A DNA stretch of 19,280 nucleotides from Archangiaceae bacterium. GTDB taxonomy: Bacteria > Myxococcota > Myxococcia > Myxococcales > Myxococcaceae. Positions 7,111 to 13,950 of this stretch are shown in pieces. How positions within the stretch are numbered: position 1 is the stretch's first letter; each line of letters begins with the position of its first letter. A program made the translations under genes and the position numbers. The DNA is taken from assembly GCA_043750125.1 (NCBI GenBank), contig JAYVCD010000149.1, positions 1 to 19,280 of the forward strand. Reading direction: 5' to 3'. The notes below the pieces were generated by a model. It was not told the DNA's origin and searched no databases. It was given only the letters and a program-made list of their open reading frames with translations.

Positions 7111-7584
7111 TCAACGCTTGCGGAGGACCCTGTCCATCTCGCGCTTTGATTCTCGTTCTTTGATCGTCTGCCGCCGGTCTTCGTGCGTCTTGCCCGTACA
7201 CAACCCGAGCCTCACCTTCGCCTTGCCGTCCTTGAAGTAAATCATGAGCGGGATGATGGAATAACCCCGTTCGACCACCTTCGCCCCCCACTTGTCGATC
7301 TGCTCCCGGTGCAGCAACAGCTTGCGGGGCCGGGTGGGCAGATGGGCAAAATGGGTCGCCGCTTTGTACGCCCCGATGTGGGCGTTGACGAGGAACAACT
7401 CTTTGCCTTTCGGAAGCGCGTAGGAATCGTTGAGGCTCGCTTCCCCATTGCGCAGCGCCTTGACCTCGGAACCAATCAGCTGCAGCCCGGCCTCGAGGGT
7501 GTCCTCGACCGTGTAATCGAACCGAGCGCGCCGATGCTCGGTGACGATCGATTCTGCGCCCGGGGGCTGATCGTGTTTTGCCAC
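7111..7584 (-). CDS. smpB: SsrA-binding protein SmpB
   Basis: RRARFDY...EAGLQLIGSEVKALR, RPRKLLLHREQI, GK...DRRQTIKERE tail. Confidence 0.97.
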   Translation of the reverse strand: MAKHDQPPGAESIVTEHRRARFDYTVEDTLEAGLQLIGSEVKALRNGEASLNDSYALPKGKELFLVNAHIGAYKAATHFAHLPTRPRKLLLHREQIDKWGAKVVERGYSIIPLMIYFKDGKAKVRLGLCTGKTHEDRRQTIKERESKREMDRVLRKR

Positions 7585-7604
7585 TGAAACTGTGCTCCTA
7601 CCCT

Positions 7605-8462
7605 TTATCCGGCGACGACGCTCAGGTTGTCGATCAACCGCGTCTTGCCGACGTAGGCGGCGATCAACGCGCGGGCCGCCACCCCCGGCTCGAGGCGCTG
7701 CAGCGACTTCAAGCTCTGAGCATCGACCAGCGCGATGTAGTCCTCTCGAAGCTGGGCGTCGCGCAGAAAGCTTCGTATCCGCTCGATCAACACCGCCGCG
7801 TCGCGCTCGCCGGCCTTCGCCAGCTGCTGGGCCGCCTTCAGCCCCCGCGACAAGGCCAACGCCTGCCGCCGTTCATCGACGGTGAGGTAGGTGTTGCGGG
7901 AACTCAGCGCCAACCCGTCGGGCTCGCGCACCGTCGGCATCCCGACGATTTCGACCCCCAGGTTCAAGTCGACGTTCAGGGTGCGAATCACCTGCAGCTG
8001 CTGGTAGTCCTTCTCGCCAAACAGCGCCAGGTGCGGTCGAAACATCGCCAGCAGCTTGGTCACCACCGTGGCCACGCCCTTGAAGTGCCCGGGCCGCTTC
8101 TCGCCACACAGCCCCTGGCTGACCGCGGTCACCTCGACGAAGGTCTGAAAGCCGGGGGGGTAGATTTCCTTCGGCTCGGGGGTGAAGACCACTTCGGCTC
8201 CCGCGCTCTGGCACTTGGCCAGATCTCCCTGCAGATCTCGCGGGTAGCGCGACAGGTCTTCGGTCGGTCCAAACTGGGTCGGGTTGACGAAGATGGTCGT
8301 CGCCACCACGTCGGCCCGACCTCGGCCTTCGCGAATCAGTGACAAATGCCCCTCGTGCAGAAACCCCATCGTCGGGACCAGCGCGAGCCGCTTTCCGGTC
8401 GACCACTGCTTCGCCGAGAAGGCTTGAACCTCGGCGACCGTGCTCAGAATCTGCAAGCTCAC
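7605..8462 (-). CDS. panC: Pantoate--beta-alanine ligase
   Basis: [62 protein letters not shown] overlap with panB. Confidence 0.98.
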   Translation of the reverse strand: MSLQILSTVAEVQAFSAKQWSTGKRLALVPTMGFLHEGHLSLIREGRGRADVVATTIFVNPTQFGPTEDLSRYPRDLQGDLAKCQSAGAEVVFTPEPKEIYPPGFQTFVEVTAVSQGLCGEKRPGHFKGVATVVTKLLAMFRPHLALFGEKDYQQLQVIRTLNVDLNLGVEIVGMPTVREPDGLALSSRNTYLTVDERRQALALSRGLKAAQQLAKAGERDAAVLIERIRSFLRDAQLREDYIALVDAQSLKSLQRLEPGVAARALIAAYVGKTRLIDNLSVVAG

Positions 8463-9346
8463 ACCGGCACGCCGTAGACGGCGCTCTTCTCTTCGGGCTC
8501 GCTGGACGAAACGTCGGGGTTGCTGGCGACCAGGCGAATCGACGACGAGTGGAACGAGTGCTCGTTGTCCGGAAAGGTCTCGGCGCGCACTTCGGTGAAG
8601 AACGTCTGCGCCGCCTGTGTGATGCCGGTGAACATGTCGGCGTAGCGCTTGACGAACTTCGGCTTGAAGTCCGGGTTCAACCCCAGCAGGTCGTAGCAGA
8701 CCAGCACCTGGCCATCGCAGTGCTTGCCCGCGCCGATCCCGATGGTGGGAATGCTCACCCGGGCGGTGATCTGCCGCGCCAATTCGAGCGGAACTCCTTC
8801 CAGCACCACCGCGTAGCAGCCGGCCTTTTCGAGCGCGACCGCGTCTTCGAGCAGGCGACGGGCGGTCTGCTCGTCTTTGCCCTGCACCACGTAGCCGCCC
8901 ATTTTGTGCACCGACTGCGGGGTGAGGCCCAGGTGCCCCATCACCGGAATCGAGGCGCGGACGATGCGCTCGATCGTCTCGGAAAACTCGGCGCCGCCTT
9001 CCAGCTTCACGCTGCCGACGCCGCCCTCGGACACCAGCCGGCCCGCGTTGCGCACCGCCTCTTCGGTCGAGTTCTGATAGCTCATGAACGGAAGGTCGCC
9101 GACCACGTGGGCGCGCTTGGCTCCCCGGCTGACGGCTTTGCAGTGGTAGACCATCTGGTCCATCGTGACGGGCAAGGTCGAGTCGTTGCCCTGGACGACC
9201 ATTCCCAGCGAGTCGCCCACCAGCAACACGTCGGCCCCTGCGTCATCGAGGATCCGGGCGAAGGTGGCGTCGTAGGCGGTGACCATGCAGATCTTCTGAC
9301 CTGCGGTCTTTTGCTTCTTGAGCGTATGGATGGTGACCTTGTTCAC
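8459..9346 (-). CDS. panB: 3-methyl-2-oxobutanoate hydroxymethyltransferase
   Basis: [40 protein letters not shown]; strong SD GGAGGTG before the GTG. Confidence 0.98.
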   Translation of the reverse strand: MNKVTIHTLKKQKTAGQKICMVTAYDATFARILDDAGADVLLVGDSLGMVVQGNDSTLPVTMDQMVYHCKAVSRGAKRAHVVGDLPFMSYQNSTEEAVRNAGRLVSEGGVGSVKLEGGAEFSETIERIVRASIPVMGHLGLTPQSVHKMGGYVVQGKDEQTARRLLEDAVALEKAGCYAVVLEGVPLELARQITARVSIPTIGIGAGKHCDGQVLVCYDLLGLNPDFKPKFVKRYADMFTGITQAAQTFFTEVRAETFPDNEHSFHSSSIRLVASNPDVSSSEPEEKSAVYGVPV

Positions 9347-9481
9347 GGGTTCACCTCCGGGGGGAGTGCGGGTGGATTGTTGGTTTTGCAGCCTCGGCGC
9401 CGGTCAAACCGGTCGTCGTGCTCCCATCGCATTCGCCTGGCGCTCAAAAAGGCCACCTTCGGCTCGTTCGATATTTCCTAT
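9347..9481 (-). promoter_or_regulatory. 135-nt panB leader with a bulged hairpin and an SD-occluding hairpin (candidate cis-regulatory RNA)
   Basis: Minus strand: cgacg-a-ccggt-ttg-accgg-cgccg (9418-9395), and cactcc-cccc-ggaggtg covering the SD. Confidence 0.3.
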
Positions 9482-10126
9482 TTAACGGCGACTGGCCAGC
9501 GGTTGGTAGTGGTGTGTGCCCTTCTTTGTCTGGCGAATCACCGCGACCAGATTCTCTAGATCTTCCGCGTTGTTGACGAAGTCGATGTCCGAGGTGTTGA
9601 CCACCAACAGCGGGGTGTCGGTGTAGTGAAAAAAGAATTCGTTATACCGGCGGCATAAATCTTCGAGGTAGGTCGGGTCGAACTTTCGCTCGAACTCGCG
9701 CCCCCGCTTGCGGATCCGCGCCATCAGGACGTCGTTTCGGGCCTGAAGGTAGATGACCAGGTCCGGCTTGGTGACCCGCGGCCCCAGCGCTTCGAACACC
9801 CGCTCGTAGAGCGCCAGCTCGTTCGGGTCGAGCGTGAGGTGGGCGAAGATCCGGTCCTTCGCGAACAGATAGTCGCTGACCGTCATCGCGCTGAAGAGGT
9901 CTTGCTGGAACAATTCCTGCTGCTGTTTGAAGCGGCTGAGCAGGAAAAACATCTGGGTCTGAAAGGCAAACTTCGCCTTGTCCCCGTAGAACGAAGAGAG
10001 AAACGGGTTCTCTTCGACCACTTCCATCACCCGGCGCGCATGAAAACGCTCCGCGAGGATGTGGGTAAGGGACGACTTTCCGACCCCAATCGGACCATCC
10101 ACGACGATGTAGCGGTGATCGCCCAA
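9482..10126 (-). CDS. Deoxynucleoside kinase family protein
   Basis: YIVVDGPIGVGKSSL P-loop, ENPFL, QMFFLLSRFKQ, PDLVIYLQA, RIRKRGREFE; TTG start preceded by GGAG. Confidence 0.95.
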   Translation of the reverse strand: MGDHRYIVVDGPIGVGKSSLTHILAERFHARRVMEVVEENPFLSSFYGDKAKFAFQTQMFFLLSRFKQQQELFQQDLFSAMTVSDYLFAKDRIFAHLTLDPNELALYERVFEALGPRVTKPDLVIYLQARNDVLMARIRKRGREFERKFDPTYLEDLCRRYNEFFFHYTDTPLLVVNTSDIDFVNNAEDLENLVAVIRQTKKGTHHYQPLASRR

Positions 10127-10212
10127 TCGCGCTCCAGGGCCGGTAAATCGGCCTCAAAACGTGGCGCGATTAGACTGTGTTTTGGTAAATGTCGAGCAAT
10201 CACGAAGGTATT

Positions 10213-10241
10213 TTGACGGCCAATGTCATGTAACGTATGGT
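10213..10241 (+). promoter_or_regulatory. Sigma70/SigA-type promoter, probably leaderless
   Basis: TTGACG (10213-10218), 17-bp spacer, TATGGT (10236-10241); ATG 10248 follows after 6 nt with no SD. Confidence 0.7.
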
Positions 10242-10247
10242 CACGTG

Positions 10248-10529
10248 ATGGCGAATTCGCGGGGGAAGTCGTCGCACGGGAAGAAGGTGATTGAGCTTCG
10301 GGGAGTCGAGGAGATTGCGGACGTTCCTCCCGAGATTTCGACCAGCCCGCTCTACGGGGTCGCGATGCTCAAGATCGCCATGGAGCTGAAGAAGGCCGAC
10401 GCGCGACCGCTCGAGGAGCTGGTCAGCAGCGTGCTGCAGCGCATGCATCTGCCGGAAGAAGAGTTCCGTCAGTTCCTCGCCAGCAATGGTGGGCTGCTGC
10501 GGGCGATCGCCCTGAAGAAGAGGTACTGA
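10248..10529 (+). CDS. Hypothetical helical protein, 93 aa
   Basis: MANSRGKSSHGKKVIELRG...LLRAIALKKRY with high-GC3 codons. Start moved from the track's 10161 because that extension runs through the AT-rich promoter. Confidence 0.8.
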   Translation: MANSRGKSSHGKKVIELRGVEEIADVPPEISTSPLYGVAMLKIAMELKKADARPLEELVSSVLQRMHLPEEEFRQFLASNGGLLRAIALKKRY

Positions 10530-10531
10530 AA

Positions 10532-10684
10532 ATGAGCGGGGCAGCGAAAAAGGTCAGAGTCCCGGTGAAGGTCGTCGAGCGCGCCAAAGCGTTGGCTTCG
10601 GTCAAAGTCGTGGGGAAGACTTCAGCGCAGCTGAAGAAGGCGAAGGTCGTCGCCGCGCTCAAGCGCCTTCACCCGATGGACTGA
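10532..10684 (+). CDS. Small, highly basic hypothetical protein, 50 aa (absent from the ORF track)
   Basis: MSGAAKKVRVPVKVVERAKALASVKVVGKTSAQLKKAKVVAALKRLHPMD. GAGG upstream; fills the gap exactly (2 bp after the previous stop, 7 bp before the next start). Confidence 0.72.
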   Translation: MSGAAKKVRVPVKVVERAKALASVKVVGKTSAQLKKAKVVAALKRLHPMD

Positions 10685-10691
10685 AGGAACC

Positions 10692-11585
10692 GTGGAACAG
10701 AGCCTGCTGACTGTCGTGCTGCTCCCGGCCGCGCTGGGGGTGATCATGCTCGGCCTGGGCTTGACGCTCACCCTCGACGATTTCCGGCGGGTGGTCGCCT
10801 TTCCCCGAGCCGTCTTCGTCGGGCTCTCGTGCCAGATGTTGGTGCTGCCCCTGGTGTGCTTCGCGGTGGCGAAGGCGTTTGCGCTGCCGCCCGAGTTCGC
10901 AGTCGGGCTGATGTTGCTGTCGGCCTCGCCCGGCGGAGCGACCGCCAACCTCTTCAGCCACCTGGCCCACGGAGACGTAGCGCTGAACATCACGCTCACG
11001 GCGGTCAACAGCGTGCTGTCGCTGTTCAGCCTGCCCTTCATCGTCAACTTCGCTCTCGAGAGGTTCATGGGCGAGGGAAAGATGATCCCGCTCCAGTTCG
11101 GCAAGGTGCTGCAGGTCTTCGCGATCGTGCTCATTCCGGTGGCGATCGGAATGGCGATCCGCGCGGCGAACGCCCCCTTCGCCCGGAAGCTCGAGAAACC
11201 GATTCGGGTCATCTCGGCGACCGTGCTGCTGGTGGTCATCTGCGGGGCGATCATCAAGGAGCGCGCACGGGTGCTCGAGTACCTGCAGTTGGTTGGCGCC
11301 GCAGCGTTCACCTTCAACGTGGTCAGCATGGCGATCGGGTTCTTCGTGCCCCTGGCCTTCAAGCTTCCCCGCCGGCAGGCGATCGCAATCGGGATGGAGA
11401 TCGGCGTTCACAATGGGACGCTGGCGATCGCGATCGCCTCGAGCCCCCTGCTGCTGAACAACTCGCTGATGGCGATACCGGCGGCGATCTACAGCTTGAT
11501 CATGTTCTTCACCGCTTCGGCGTTCGGGTTCCTCGTCAGCCGCCGCCGCTCGCCGGTGCAGAAGTCGGTTGAGGGGTCTGATTGA
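10692..11585 (+). CDS. Bile acid:sodium symporter (BASS/SBF) family transporter
   Basis: IMLGLGLTLT..DFRRV, SPGGATANLFSHLAHGDVALNITLTAV, AIGMEIGVHNGTLA; polytopic hydrophobic pattern; AAGGA SD. Confidence 0.95.
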   Translation: MEQSLLTVVLLPAALGVIMLGLGLTLTLDDFRRVVAFPRAVFVGLSCQMLVLPLVCFAVAKAFALPPEFAVGLMLLSASPGGATANLFSHLAHGDVALNITLTAVNSVLSLFSLPFIVNFALERFMGEGKMIPLQFGKVLQVFAIVLIPVAIGMAIRAANAPFARKLEKPIRVISATVLLVVICGAIIKERARVLEYLQLVGAAAFTFNVVSMAIGFFVPLAFKLPRRQAIAIGMEIGVHNGTLAIAIASSPLLLNNSLMAIPAAIYSLIMFFTASAFGFLVSRRRSPVQKSVEGSD

Positions 11586-12096
11586 GGCGGCCCAGGTCGT
11601 AGGAGGCCGCTTTGAGCCTGGCGGTGATTCTCTGGAACACCGCGGGATCCATCTGGGGGGTCCGGCTCAAGATCCACAGGTAATCGCGGGACGGGTGGCC
11701 CACGACCGCGAACTCGTAGTCTTCACCGAGATCCACAATCCAATACGCGCCCCAGAAGGGACGAAAGAAGCTCACTTCCAGTCGGGCGTTGGTCTGGGGG
11801 TCGACCACCCGCGCCCTGCCGATGGCGGTCTTCAGCGGCCCGTCAATCAAGTCCAGGTGGCACGAGTTGGTCACGTCGATTTGCCCGTCTGGCCGCAGCG
11901 CATAGTTTGCGGTGGTGGCGGTGCAGCCCTTCTGGAAGCTCTGCGGGAAGCTGGCGATCTCGTACCAGGTGCCCAGGTAGCGCTGCAGTTCGACCTTCGG
12001 CACCGTCGTCAGTGGCGGAAGCTTCAGCCGTTCGGTGGAAGAGATGGCACAGGACGCGAAGGCCAGCGCGAGGATGAGGAGCGGTCGAAATGTCAT
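11536..12096 (-). CDS. blc: Outer-membrane lipoprotein lipocalin (Blc family)
   Basis: Lipobox FAS-C, RYLGTWYEIA, LEVSFFRPFWGAYWIV, YLWILSRTP. Confidence 0.93.
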   Translation of the reverse strand: MTFRPLLILALAFASCAISSTERLKLPPLTTVPKVELQRYLGTWYEIASFPQSFQKGCTATTANYALRPDGQIDVTNSCHLDLIDGPLKTAIGRARVVDPQTNARLEVSFFRPFWGAYWIVDLGEDYEFAVVGHPSRDYLWILSRTPQMDPAVFQRITARLKAASYDLGRLNQTPQPTSAPASGGG

Positions 12097-12136
12097 CTCT
12101 CGATCTAACCTTGGGCCTTCAGCCCTACCTCTTCAA

Positions 12137-12964
12137 CTACAGCGATCTTTCGAGCGCGGCGAACTCGGCGACGGACAGCGTCTCGGCCCGTCTGATTCCG
12201 TCGATCCCCGCGCGCAGCAGCGCTCCGGTCAAATCCATCGCCTTGAACGCCGGGTCGCCTTTGAGCGAGTTGAGCAGCGTCTTGCGCCGGTGCGCGAAGC
12301 CCGCCTTGACCAGCTTGCGAAATCGCAGCTCGTCGGTCACTTCCGCCGCCGGGCTCTCGCGCCGGGTCAGTCGCACCACCGCCGAATCGACGTTGGGAGG
12401 AGGGTGAAACAGGCTGCGCGACAGCTTGAAGACCAGCTCGACCTGGTAGCGAAGGCCCAGCAGCACCGACAGCAGCCCATAGTCCCTGCCCCCCGGAGCG
12501 GCGGCCAGCCGGGTGACCACTTCGAGCTGCAGGGTAAAGACCGCCCGGGTCACGTGCTCGGACTGATCGAGCACTTCAAAAAGAATCGAGCTCGACAGGT
12601 GGTAGGGAAGGTTTCCGACGACCGCCACCTGATCCACTCCGGCGGTCTTGGCGAAGTCGATTTCCGCCGCGTTCCCCGCGACCACCGTCAAGCCCGGCAG
12701 CTTCATCGACTCGAGCACGCGGACCATGTCGCGGTCGCGCTCGACGGCAGTGACCTTCGCTCCGGTCGCCAGCAACGCGCGCGTCAAGTGGCCCAACCCC
12801 GGCCCCAGCTCGACCACCGGGTCGTCTTTCTTCAGCTCGACCGCGTCGGCAATCTTCTTCAGCGCGTGTTCGTCGCCCAGAAAGTTCTGGCCCCAGCTGT
12901 ACTTCGGCTTGAGCCCGAACCGCCGAAGAAGGTCGGCCGGGGAATCAGGATTTACAGCCGCCAT
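12137..12964 (-). CDS. rsmA: 16S rRNA m6,2A1518/1519 dimethyltransferase RsmA/KsgA
   Basis: GQNFL, VELGPGLGHLT, VERD, VVGNLPYHLSS, FHPPPNVDSAVV, FAHRRKTLLN. Start placed at ATG 12964 (13-bp overlap with tsaD). Confidence 0.96.
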   Translation of the reverse strand: MAAVNPDSPADLLRRFGLKPKYSWGQNFLGDEHALKKIADAVELKKDDPVVELGPGLGHLTRALLATGAKVTAVERDRDMVRVLESMKLPGLTVVAGNAAEIDFAKTAGVDQVAVVGNLPYHLSSSILFEVLDQSEHVTRAVFTLQLEVVTRLAAAPGGRDYGLLSVLLGLRYQVELVFKLSRSLFHPPPNVDSAVVRLTRRESPAAEVTDELRFRKLVKAGFAHRRKTLLNSLKGDPAFKAMDLTGALLRAGIDGIRRAETLSVAEFAALERSL

Positions 12965-13950
12965 GCAGGATCCGAGTTGAGCGAAAAGTCGGCGCGGGTG
13001 CCGCGCTTGAGGGCTTCGTACCCTGCAACGGCGATCATCGCTCCGTTGTCTGTGCACAGCCTGGGCGGGGGAAGGAACAGCCGAACGCCGGCTTCGAGCG
13101 CACGTTCCTGGGCCAACGTACGCAGCCGCGAGTTCGCCGCGACCCCGCCGCAAATGACCAGCGTTTTGCAGCCGTGCTTCTTCACCGCGGCGAACACCTT
13201 CTTCGTCAGCACGTCGGCGACCGCCTCTTGAAAAGACGCACAGACGTCAGCCAGCGCCTGACCGGTGGGAGCACCGTGCTGGCGCACGTGATTGAGCACC
13301 GAGGTCTTGAGGCCCGAGAAGCTCCAGTCGAAGACTTCCGGGCCCGGCAGCGCGCGCGGAAAGCGAATGGCTCTGGGGTCTCCGGTTTGCGCCAGCGCGT
13401 CGATCGGCTGACCGCCGGGGTAGGGCAGCCCCAGGACTTTGGCGACCTTGTCGTAGGCTTCCCCCGCAGCGTCGTCTCGGGTCGCCGCGAGCCGGTGGTA
13501 GGTCCCGAAGGCCGGAACTTCGTAGAGGCTGGTGTGCCCGCCCGAGACAATCAGCCCGAAAAACGGCGGCTCGGGAGCCTCGGGCAACAACCGGATCGCG
13601 AGCAGGTGCCCTTCGAGGTGATTGACGCCCGCGAACGGAAGTCCGCTCGCCCACGACAGCGCCTTGGCCACCTGAAGCCCCACCAGCAGCGCTCCTTGCA
13701 GGCCCGGGCCACTGGTGACCGCGAGGCCATCGAGATCCGACAACTGCAGGCCGGCGCGGGTGAGCGCTTCGTCGATCACCGGCATCACCTGCACCACGTG
13801 GTTGCGGCTCGCGAGCTCCGGGACGACTCCCCCCCAGCGGCGGTGAATGTCGATCTGGGTCGAGACTACGTCGGACAGCGCCACGCGGCCATCGAGCACC
13901 ACCGAAGCGGCGGTCTCGTCGCACGACGTTTCGATGCCCAACACCTTCAC
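12952..13950 (-). CDS. tsaD: tRNA N6-threonylcarbamoyltransferase TsaD
   Basis: VLGIETSCDETA, GGVVPELASRNH, NHLEGH, VSGGHT, DDAAGEAYDK, FSGLKT, GGVAANSRLR, CTDNGAMIA. Confidence 0.98.
   Translation of the reverse strand: MKVLGIETSCDETAASVVLDGRVALSDVVSTQIDIHRRWGGVVPELASRNHVVQVMPVIDEALTRAGLQLSDLDGLAVTSGPGLQGALLVGLQVAKALSWASGLPFAGVNHLEGHLLAIRLLPEAPEPPFFGLIVSGGHTSLYEVPAFGTYHRLAATRDDAAGEAYDKVAKVLGLPYPGGQPIDALAQTGDPRAIRFPRALPGPEVFDWSFSGLKTSVLNHVRQHGAPTGQALADVCASFQEAVADVLTKKVFAAVKKHGCKTLVICGGVAANSRLRTLAQERALEAGVRLFLPPPRLCTDNGAMIAVAGYEALKRGTRADFSLNSDPAWRL

Noticed and set aside
6595-7604. tmRNA (ssrA) next to smpB
   Set aside because: The flanking gaps are only 3-20 bp, and no tRNA-like ends were seen elsewhere in the window.
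12965-13153. N-terminal extension of rsmA in the track
   Set aside because: It lies inside tsaD; RsmA similarity starts after ATG 12964.
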